64,000 bases of DNA from Lytechinus pictus (Eukaryota), in the NCBI RefSeq assembly GCF_037042905.1, contig NC_087246.1:12772001-12836000 (forward strand). Direction: 5' to 3'. Under the pieces are notes generated by a model that had not been told where the DNA came from, made no database searches, and saw only the letters and a program-made list of their open reading frames with translations. This document shows positions 13,093 to 23,400 of the stretch, in pieces (within the stretch, counting starts at the first letter, position 1; the number at the start of each line of letters is the position of its first letter). The position numbers and the translations under genes were made by a program.

Positions 13093-14025
13093 GCTGATTA
13101 TCACCACCTTTCGTCTTTTGAATATTAGTAGAATCTTTTTTAAAAATCAGTCTGTGGGTGGCGTAGCTCTCTGACTAAACATAAAACAAAGCTCTAAAGA
13201 CTATTTTACAAATATTAAAACACTTTCAGTTCTAAGTTTATTTTTAATTCAGGATTCTATAAATGATAAACTTGATAATAATGATAATTGATAGAGGTTT
13301 ACTTTATGCCTGACATTTATTTCAATCAATAGATGCAGGTCTAAAATTGTTGGTATAGGCCTACGTTAGATCTATAAAAAGCTGTCTTCACTTCATTTCA
13401 AATAAAAATTCAAAACCAAATTCCTATTTTCATGTCATGGTCCCCAACTTGGTCCCTTATTGCCTTGGCTCTAAACGTTATAAATCTGTCGTCTCTGTCT
13501 CTGAGTCTGATGATCATCTGTAGATAGATCTAGTCTAGAACCTCTCAACTTAATTGGTTCCCAAAATCCAAATAACAGACTGTACACACACTGGACAGAT
13601 CCTGTCCACATCTGTCTCTTCACAGGGCGTTCAACTCCAGACTAAGCAGTAAAGCTTGATGATGATGCAAGGATTCCTCACTTTCTTTTCTTCGCCCATG
13701 CGCTGCAGAAATGGGTACCACAGAATTGATAAGGAAAGCGTTCCATAGGATATATTTCATTTATTAGAGGAGGCAATGTACGCTATGGCTATGCAGAACT
13801 GAATTCGATGATAATCTAGAATCATATAAAGGAAAAAAAACCATCACTCACACAATTATTTTATTCAATTGGAATGTTACCTTGGGTACGGAATTGTATA
13901 TTTTTTAACGTAAATATTATTAATTTCTACAAACGCTTTACAACGGCGTGTCATAAAACAAGATTGTAATGTAAACAATCGCACGTGTTACTGTAATTAG
14001 GCTCTCGAAAACGAGGCGAAGAACC
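13093..14025. promoter_or_regulatory. Shared divergent (bidirectional) promoter / 5' UTR region of RMND1 and ZNHIT3
   Basis: The two start codons point apart and are 934 bp from each other. CACGTG at 13982-13987. Candidate RMND1 5'UTR intron on the minus strand (donor AAA|GTGAGG at 13681, acceptor near 13175). Confidence 0.65.
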
Positions 14026-14105
14026 ATGGAAAACATCCCAAGAAAATGCGCGGTTTGTGAAGAGAAGCAGTATAAATACAGATGTCCAAAGTGCAGAATA
14101 TTGTA
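14026..14105 (+). CDS. ZNHIT3: ZNHIT3 exon 1 ([26 protein letters not shown])
   Basis: Good Kozak context accATGG, two CxxC pairs, TA|GTAAGT donor. Confidence 0.93.
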
Positions 14106-15964
14106 GTAAGTAAGCTGACTGATTTTGTAAGTTTTGAGATTGACTTTGGCGAAGATGTTAAATTTCGGTCCCGTGTGCTTAGATTTGCGTTGGTAAAACG
14201 TCACTAAAAGAAGTGCTTATGTCAGTGTCAAGACGATCGATCTCTCTCCAGCTGTAAGGAATTGGAACAAAAGATCCCGTTGTTGTTGTGACGCATGCAC
14301 TCGCCTGGATGTATGTGCATTGGAATGGGATATGTTATTTCAGTGCCATTGTTGTAACTTTTTATTTTATTTTAAGCCAAAAATACTGAATGATTCTTTT
14401 TATTTTATTGAAGGAGAAGATACTATTATTTATTCACATTCCTAGACAGGAATAACCGTCGTTTCTGGGGATTTATTCAACAATTTCTGACATTTTACTT
14501 TAATCCCCATTAACCGACGGTAGGGTATACGTGTGGGCTCGCATGTGTTCTCATTCCCACCCTTTTGTCAATTCACAGTCCAAAGTTTGATGTAATTTTA
14601 CACATCGAATTTACAATCTAAGGATGTATAACCAACAAACTTTTAAAACTGGATATTTTGTTAACAAAATACTTTAAACGATATAGATGAAAAGGCATGA
14701 AAAATGATACTTTACCGATGTTTAATTGGGTTGAACACGATAAAAATGGTCAATATGGCAGCCAAACTATGAAATATTTACAAACGAACGGAGAGGGCGT
14801 CAACAATCACGAATGTGATATCGATATTGCTTTCGATATTATACGATCTGCTCCTTATTTGAATTCATGAAAAGGATACGTACACTCTACCTCGGTAATC
14901 ATATAGCGCTTGCTGGTTTTTAAAGATAAAATTATCATCACTATTATTTACTATTATTATATAATTATCATTATCGCTAAAATCATTGTGGTTTTTAAAT
15001 ATTATCGTTGTAAGTATTTATATTTGTAGACTGTAGTAGTAATATTTCATTATCATCGTTATTATGATTATTATTATTTCATTATTATCATCATCATCAT
15101 CATTGTCATTATTTTCATTATATATATTATCACTATGGTTAAGAGATAAAAGAATAATATTTTTCAGATAAATGTTATAGTAAACTGGTCGGGTTGATAA
15201 AATTTCTTGTTTGAAATTGAATTCCCAATTGGTCATGACCAGTTCCAGTCATTCTCTGATGATGTTGAGTACCAGTGGCGTACCGTGGGTCACGGCATTG
15301 GGGGGGGGGCACCAGCAAAAATTTTGAGTCATTTACTGGGCTGGCGAAGCGCGCTCAATTGCCAGGTACTGACGTAATAGAAGCATTTTAAGGACTGTTT
15401 CATTAAACAGATATGTATCTCACTGATTAAATAATGTGAGCGCGAAGCGCGAGCTGAAATTTTTGAAATTCAGACCTGAAGAGGGGCATTCTTAGGCTTG
15501 TTTGTAAAAATTCACTAAGGCCATACGTATTTCACTTACTAAATTATGCGAGCGCGAAGCGCGAGCTGAAAATTTCTGATAGAGTTTTCAGACCAGTAAA
15601 GGGAAAATTTTAAGGACTGTTTTCAGGAATTCATGAAGAGCAGACATATCTCACCAGTCCATTGATGCGAACGTAAGCACTAACTGGGAATATTTTATAT
15701 TCAGACTTTAAAAAAGGGGCAGTTTCTTTTAAGTAGTCATGAGTGAGAAGCATGTCACTACATAAAACAATAACTCGAAGTGCAAGAAAATACATGTATA
15801 TGGTGTATATTGACTTGAAAACGGAATTTTTTAGTACAACATATATTTCATCAAACAGAAATTACGAGCACCAGGAATGATGAACACAATGTCATAGGCC
15901 CTTAGCAAAATATGTTTCATAATTAGAGTTATGAAAAAAATATTTATGTAATATAATATATTAT

Positions 15965-16004
<40 letters not shown>

Positions 16005-19000
16005 CTTAATATAATAGAATATGCACTAGTTTCTTCTTCCTCTACTATGCCTCTCCTTTTTTTCTCCTTCTTTTTCTACTTTTCCCCCTTCTTTTTTTTT
16101 GGCCAGCCGATGGGGGGGGGGGGGGGCACGTGCCCCCCATGCCCCCCCGTAGTTACGCCACTGTTGAGCACGTGTTTTACCTCACTTTCATACACTTTCT
16201 TTCCCTTCGTTTTTTTCAATCCGCGGCAGCTTTGTCGTGTTATTGACTTTTTTCTTGTTCCTTTTCTTCATATTCTGATTTTCAAATTCAACCTTTGTCT
16301 CTATATACCTTCATTTCGTATCTCTTTTTGTCGATTTCTCTCATTGTCCACCATTCTTGTCCATGCCACTGAGTCTCCTGCTAAAGACATGTTAAGGCCT
16401 ATACTTTCTCGCATGTTCTAATTCTTTCTTTCTTTATTGTTGTCATTTTCCTTTGCTTTTTCACCTTTCCCATTCCTCCCACCCCGGCCTCTTTCCTCGT
16501 TTTCTTTTCTTCATTTTACCTTTTTCTCTTTTCGCCCTTTTCTCGGTGAAATCCGCCAGGGCCGGGGCAGCTCCCCCCCCCCCCCCGGCGCCTGTTACGC
16601 CAGGAAGACCAAATGAACAGCCGATAAGACCAATAGGGACTACCAGTAAGACCAATTGAGTTCACTCAGTTGGATACCAACCACTAAGCCAAAACATCAG
16701 TAACAGACTCCAGTATAATTAAGACCAGTTTAAAATCCCAGTTACTATAGGCCTATTCAATACCAATGACTGGAGCAGTATTATTTGTAACTAGAACAGT
16801 ATTACCAGACCGATAAACCAATACTCCAATTTCCAGAGTTACTGGTCCAACTGGTCAAGTTGATTTTTTTTTCTTGTGGTTAATTTGATTTTCTATTTTT
16901 ATCATTTGACAGATTATTGTCTTATCTCTTCATTTTGGGCTCGGTAAAATGTAGTTTAATGTGTCTATGGACAATCAAGTCTCGAAATGTGTGATTTAAA
17001 GAGAAACTTACCCGCCGTTTTTCTGGCTGTGTTTGTGTCGTCACATCTTTTTTTTGAAGGGGTGTCTGTGCTTGTGGGCTTGTCAGTCGTCTTCGTTTCT
17101 TTCGAAGAAATGGCGAAGCATAGCTGGTCACCTTCACCTTCCTCCCCAAGTAAACATTGATTCTACTAATTTTCTTTAATTTGGATTTATTTTCAATTAC
17201 ATTTGAATTACTTTCAGATAATTTCAAAATTATTTTGCAACATCTGTCGCAAATGAATTTTTTTTATTTTTGATCGGGTGTCACTTTAATTCCTAATGAT
17301 TCGACAGCGTCAGCAGTGGTGTAATCACGGTGATCCATTTTTGCATTCAAAGGTCTTCTTTTATTAGGATGATTAGTCAAATTACGGTCACAATTACAAC
17401 ACCAGTAGTCAGACATAATTACTAAAATGAATTAATGAATCAAATAAAATTACCACCAGCAATCAGCACACCTACATGGCAATATACTTTTTTTTAAAGA
17501 TGTTTTATTGTTTTTCTCTCAAATCAAATTTCATACAATGCAGTTAACAAAGTAACAATTGTAAATAATAATTCAAATAAATTTCTTAAACTAGTATACA
17601 TTATGCACATCATGAAATAATATTCTAAGACTGCATCGTACCACTACCAGATGAGTTTAACAAACAAATATCAGAGAAAAAACTTATAAAAGTATATGCG
17701 TTGCACCTGCCCCCTCCTTGCCCCTCCCCCCTTCCCTCCACAAACCCCCACACTTCACACCCTCAAACATTTTTCGTACACCCTTGCATATGATGCCGCG
17801 TTCCGTCTGAAATAAGAAAACACCATAATGAACGAACATAATCTCGTGAGCTCTGTCGCCTCTATACTCTTGTAAGGAAATGTTCCCATTTCCTTATATG
17901 GTTTGATAATTTACCCCTTGTTACTGCTAAAATTTTCTCTTCACGTTCATTTTCTAATATCTTCTCTCTAATTTCGTTGGGACTTGGTGGTCTTTTTAGT
18001 CCTGCTGTAAACAAAAATCAGATATTTTATTAAAAGAATAATGTGATTAATTATTTGTTCCTTCCCTATATTAGCATGCTTAACACCAATGTGTATATCC
18101 ACCCACCTGGCATTTTTTATTTCATACATATTGAATAAGTTACCGCAATCTATCCATAAGTCTCTCGTCTTTTCACATGAGAAAAACAGATGCTCGTAAG
18201 TTTCTTCAGTATTCCCACAAAATGAACATTCACTATCTGAGAAAATTTTGAATAAATGTAAATATTTCTTCGTGTATATTAACTCATAAAGCATTTTAAA
18301 TTGAAACTCTCTAAGCCTACTGCTTAGAGTACATTTTCTGGGTCTTGAAAATATAGCACATATATCTTTTTCGAAGAAATTATATGTCTTATATTATCAA
18401 ACGCATACGATTTTTCCAATTTAATACTTAAAAGTGCCTTGTATATTTTATTAGATGTCACGTTTGGTAAACTGTTAATCTTACCATTAAATATAAATTC
18501 TAGATTTAGACCAGTGTCTTCACAATTGTCTTTTTTCTTCAATAGGTGTTTCCATGTTGCTGGAATATTTTCAAAAACTTTATAAACTTTATCTATTTCA
18601 TTTCCATCTAAACCCATTTTCAGAAAGTCTCTTTGCTTCCACCATATAAATAATTTTTTTTATTTTACTTAGAATCTATTTGTAATTAACATTTTCCTGA
18701 ATTTCTACATCTAATGATAAAGTTATTCCTAATATTTTGATAGTTTCAACTAATTTACCAAATGGAACTTTAATATCTTTTGTAGAAAGAGGACCCAACG
18801 CTAATATAAATGTTTTTTCTTTATTCATTTTTAAGCCTGAAATCTTAGCAAAATCTCAAAATATTTTTCCGATTCTATCAATAGATTGGGAGTCCCTCAC
18901 AAAAAGTGTCATATCATCCGCATAGAGCGCTTGTTTGACTTCTACATTACCAAAGCTGATTCCGTGGATGGATTTATCTTTACGAATGGTATTAGAAAGG

Positions 19001-19282
19001 ACCTCGATACAAAGTATAAACAAATAAGGAGAGAGGGGATCCCCATGTCTCACACCTCTTTCAACACTAAAGTATCCTGTCGATATACCCCCATTAAATA
19101 CGCAACTCAGGGCATTTTTGTATAATGTTTTGATCCAGCTGCAAAATGAGGACCCGAAGCCAAAAGAACGTAAAACGTTTTGCAAAAAGATGTGCGAGAC
19201 CGAATCAAACGCTTTTTCAAAATCTATTGCCATTAAGAAACCAGGTGCATTATTTTGTTGTGTGTAGTAAATCATATCGTCA

Positions 19283-19325
<43 letters not shown>

Positions 19326-21586
19326 AAGTGCACACCTCGTGACCAATAATGCATATAGCATTTACATTTATTTGAAAGCAGGATAAAAGAGCATTGAAGA
19401 TTAAATGCTTTGCTGACGGGCATAGGTGCCGCGGCCGGGGATCGTACCCCGGACTTTTTCATGTATAGCCAGGCGCCTTAGACCACTCGGCCACGGCACC
19501 TCCTAAATCTAATTGATCTAATACGATACGATACACTACACGAAGATAAACGATACTAGTTATAATCACGATAAATCGAGACATGAAAAAGTTAATAACG
19601 ATAATGACGTCATTCAAGATGGCAACTTGCAAGAAAAACCGTCAGGTCAGGTGAAAATGTCTTAGATGACAGATTTCTCAATCATCCAGAGGATTTTTTT
19701 CAATAACTCCGGCCCAAGGTATGCAATTACTTAAGTTATTTATATTACCCTGATAATGGAAACCATGAAAATGTCAATTTTGCCTAAAAAACAGTTTTAA
19801 ATCGCGATCTATAAAACGCTAGTTCACTATACGTTGGCTGTAGGTAGGGGCCCCCCTCCTCTTCAGTCTATGTATGGTGAGTGGAGCCAACGCAGTTCAG
19901 CGGAACAACCAAAATACAGAGACTGAAGCTTTTGGTCTATCACATTCCATGCATTCACGATGTTAATGATGCATGTTACTGTGTGAGTGAAGCAAGATAG
20001 CAGTTGAATTCCGTTGAACATCATCATCAGATCATGGCAATGCAAAATATTGTCTTTTTCTCTCATTATTTCAGTTGCTCAGTGCCCTGTTTCAAGGAGC
20101 ACAAATCAGAAGGTAAGTTTAACTTTAATAATGCTTTTTGGCTTTGTAATTATAAAATCATGAACATTGTCTCGACAGGCACAGTTTCATATTTGATTGC
20201 AAATCATTGTTCTTTCTATTGTTATTTTTTTATCTGTTCAACCAAATTTAAGTTATAATTTTGCCATGCAAAGAAAAGATTTGTGGCTGATGCAAATTGA
20301 ATATAATTAATTAATAACCATGTTTTGCAAGTACAGTATGTAAATGGAGCTGTAATATACATTACCAAGTGTTATTTCTAATTATTTTTCCCTCAGGGTC
20401 TTGTGAAAAGGAAAGTCTGAAGCCCAGTAGTGATGGAGGTCCTGTAAAAGAAGAAATCGCAAGAGGTACTAATACAAGCATATAATACATTATCTTTCCG
20501 TAGAGATAATTGTATTCTCATTTTTTTAGGAATAAAGATTTTAATTCAGATTGTGCAAATTGAAGTTTAAAATTAATTTTTATATGGATTTATAGTTTTA
20601 CTCATTAGAAGTTGTTCATCACATCAAACCAGTGGAATGTGGCATTAATTAATTTCTTATGTTTGTTAATTGCCAGCAGTATGTAAATGTTTTGTTTAAT
20701 GATATAGACCCATTAATCAAAATTAAAATTTGCTTTTATGTTTTGAAAAGGACCAGGCTGTATATTTTGTGTGTGGGTCTTTTGTGGAGAGGTCATTGTA
20801 TGCCTCAATTCATCTAAAACTGATATATTTATCTTTGCAGAAGATGGAGAAGTTTCAGGAGGTGATGAGGACATGAACAAAGAATCCACTCCAGACGAAC
20901 TCTCACAAAAACAGCTCAATAAACTGGGTAATCATTGCTTAATTTGCCTTTTTATTTCTTTAAACTGTTTCACAATTCTGATTTTCTCAGATTATCCATG
21001 CTCTCATTGTTATTTTCAAGCATTTAAAGAGCTTGCCCTGCATTAGAAGACTCACACTTGCCTCTCTTCAAAGCTAATAATTGTTATCTTATTAGATTGC
21101 AGTGGAATACCATTACATGTTTTGCTCAGTTAACTAGAATGATTTAAAGTGAATATGGATACTTGTTCTTTAGGTCATCAGGTGTCCCATATATTATCCC
21201 TCGGTAGACCAGCAGCACCACGATTGATGCTGCTGAGTAGGGCTATCCTGTTTTCATTTTGTTAATTTCACGTGTGTTATTTTATATGTATTGTTACTTG
21301 TTTTAAATGAAGTCAATTCAATAGTCCCATGGACTTATACATGTATAGTCTCAAAACTCTACATCTTCCTTCCATTCTATTATTTTCTATTCCAGATGAA
21401 TCAGACACAGTGAAAGATCTTCTTCAGAATCCCCATTTGAGGGTACTTGTTACACAGTTGGATCAAGCCAAGGAAAAGGATAAAGCCATAGAGCGTGTCA
21501 TGCAGGAACCTATTTTTGTGGAGTTTGCAGATGCCTGCCTTGCAGCAACAATAGGACAGGATCAAGATGCAGTTTCAGATAGATAA
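14026..21586 (+). CDS. ZNHIT3: Zinc finger HIT domain-containing protein 3 (box C/D snoRNP assembly factor), 5 exons, 154 aa
   Basis: Exons 14026-14105, 20075-20112, 20397-20465, 20841-20927, 21396-21586. All are GT-AG and in phase; total 465 nt. zf-HIT: [30 protein letters not shown]...C. C-terminal Hit1/ZNHIT3 motif: LLQNPHLR...MQEPIFVEFADACL. Confidence 0.94.
15273..16163. mobile_element. Non-autonomous hAT-like transposon in ZNHIT3 intron 1
   Basis: TIRs CAGTGGCGTA / TACGCCACTG; 8-bp TSD ttgagtac/ttgagcac; internal GAGCGCGAAGCGCGAG repeats and (TA)n. Confidence 0.85.
16172..16603. mobile_element. Truncated right end of the 7263-8794 element family
   Basis: CGGTGAAATCCGCCAGG...GGGGCAGCT...GCCTGTTACGCCA shared with 8741-8791. 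Confidence 0.6.
17488..19287 (-). mobile_element. 5'-truncated, internally deleted L1/Tx1-type LINE (dead ORF2)
   Basis: RT motifs AIDFEKAFDSVSH, RGVRHGDPLSPYLF, YADD (18856-19287); in-frame stops; C-terminal zf-RVT-like CSFCGNTEETYEHLFFSC; AATAAA (17509-17504) and A-tail (17495-17488). Confidence 0.9.
19288..19503 (-). mobile_element. tRNA-derived SINE with a 33-nt poly(A) tail
   Basis: 5' GGAGGTGCCG; A-box TGGCCGAGTGG; B-box-like GGTACGATCCC; AATAAA; uninterrupted A33. Confidence 0.85.
20075..20112 (+). CDS. ZNHIT3: ZNHIT3 exon 2 ([13 protein letters not shown])
   Basis: tttcag acceptor, AAG|GTAAGT donor. Confidence 0.93.
20397..20465 (+). CDS. ZNHIT3: ZNHIT3 exon 3 (GSCEKESLKP...)
   Basis: cctcag acceptor, GAG|GTACTA donor; supplies the last zf-HIT Cys. 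Confidence 0.85.
20841..20927 (+). CDS. ZNHIT3: ZNHIT3 exon 4 (EDGEVSGGDED...QLNKL)
   Basis: ttgcag acceptor, TGG|GTAATC donor. Confidence 0.88.
21396..21586 (+). CDS. ZNHIT3: ZNHIT3 exon 5 (DESDTVKDLLQNPHLR...*)
   Basis: ttccag acceptor, conserved C-terminal domain, TAA stop. Confidence 0.94.
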
Positions 21587-22632
21587 TTTTTTTTCAGTTA
21601 ATACAATTTACAAAAAAGATATTGAAATAGCAGCAAGAGTTGGAGTTGGCATGGTGGAGTTTTCAGTTCTTGACCTGTGAAAATAAACAGGAATACTGAT
21701 TCTAAGATTGAACTTCAGAAAAAACTTTCAAAATTATTGGGAAATATCGCTTATAATGCACCATACACGTGAATGTATTTGTGAGACTTCACAAAAATGT
21801 GCTGCCTGAACATTTATATAGTCATGGAAGAACAAATTTAACGAACTGTGATGTATTGAATCCAAATTGGAGCTGCATGGGTTTATACAGTAGGCAGTAA
21901 AGAGAGAATGGGAGCATTAATTCTTTACACCCTGTGACTCCACAGGTTTTTTCACATTTCTGTAGAATATTCGCAATAGATATTTGGCAAATCTTTCTTC
22001 AGTTATTTTGATGTCTAATTTATGTAATTTAGTTCATGATTAAACCAATGAAACATACTTTTACAACTTGGATTAAATTGGATAATTTAGTTTTTCATTT
22101 GAAAATGAAAAGGTTGCACTTGAAAAAATGAAGAGAAGAAAATATTCTGGGGGAAGTATTGAATTATTAGTTTTTGGGCCATTTGTTCATTTGGTTGATC
22201 CAAACAAAATGTGTTCACTATGAAAGCAACTCGTTATAAGCTGTTTTAAATCCGTTGCTGCACATTCGCTACAAATGCTTGCCATTGTTGTATAGAGACA
22301 CAGACGAAATTTGACATTGCATTATAATGCCTTGTGATTTTCCAATTATCAGTGAATTAATTATTATTTTATTCATTGCTTTCTTATATGAACATTTGGC
22401 TAGGTCATGAAATCGTTTTAACTTTCCCCCATATTTAGAATCTCTTAAATTAGTAGTATTTGAAATGCTGTAGGTGATAATATACACAAAACACTGACTA
22501 ATGTGTGATGATTTAAAAGAAGTTCCTAAATAAATTCTATTGATATAAATTTCTGATCCGCAGCCATCCATTGATTGGTGTAAGTTGAGTAAAGCGATGT
22601 GCAAAGCTAACCTTTAATGACTTAGGGGAACA

Positions 22633-23400
22633 TTTTTTTTTTTCAGTTCGTATTTATTTCATCTCTAAAAACAATGAGTACATATTTGCATCAAATATAC
22701 ACATCAAGTATACAGATTAATAATAAAGCGAATAAATCATACAAAAATAACTTAAGATAGATACCATGATATAATTTGGCCTGTATGGTCATAGACGAAA
22801 TGAAATAGGAAGACTTAAAATAAAGCCAGTAATGGCCTTGTGAGATAAAGTCTCCTTAACTATCAAATGCTTATGTGGAAGCTACTTTGCATATTATAAT
22901 AAAAACAAATATGTATACATATTAAAACCAAAAAAAATAATAATAATAAATAGGTGACATAAGGGGTGAAGGATACATGTATATACAAAAAATATGATAA
23001 GTAACACATGTTTGAGGAAACCCATATTGTGGATATAAAATTGTAACAAAGCTGCTAAATTAGACATATTTTGAAGTAAAGTATTATTTTAATCTTCTTT
23101 TAAAGAGGAAGAGAGATTTGCATGAGCGAACAAAATTAGGTACAGAATTCCAGATTAAGGGGAAATTAAAACGCATAGCTTTTTGTACAAAGGTTTTTCC
23201 TACTTTCCATAAATGAAATAAACTCCTCATACGTATGTTGTGATGGTGTACAGTATTATTAATACAAAACATTTTACTTAACTTGTTTGGCAACTTTTTT
23301 GTGAAGTAGAAAAACCCTAATATTGCTACTTGATATTGATAAAGATGAAAAATATTCAAAGTATTCATTTTACGAAATAAAGGTGCTGAAGGTGATATTT
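22633..23400 (-). mobile_element. 3' fragment of a CR1/L2 (Crack-like) LINE
   Basis: ORF2 C-terminal peptide PSAPLFRKMNTLNIF...HHHNIR...IWNSVP...FKRRLK, then 3'UTR, AATAAA and A-tail at ~22643-22633. Confidence 0.75.

Noticed and set aside
18856-19335. 159-aa poly-Lys-RT ORF as a functional gene
   Set aside because: The poly-Lys is the SINE tail, and the RT is truncated and interrupted by stops.
19430-19503. Possible tRNA gene on the minus strand
   Set aside because: Anticodon arm and B-box are degenerate, and the sequence continues into a body and poly(A); it is a SINE.
14106-20074. Intronic box C/D snoRNA in ZNHIT3 or RMND1 introns
   Set aside because: No RTGATGA/CTGA pair with a terminal stem was found by eye; an Rfam/snoscan search would be needed to exclude one.
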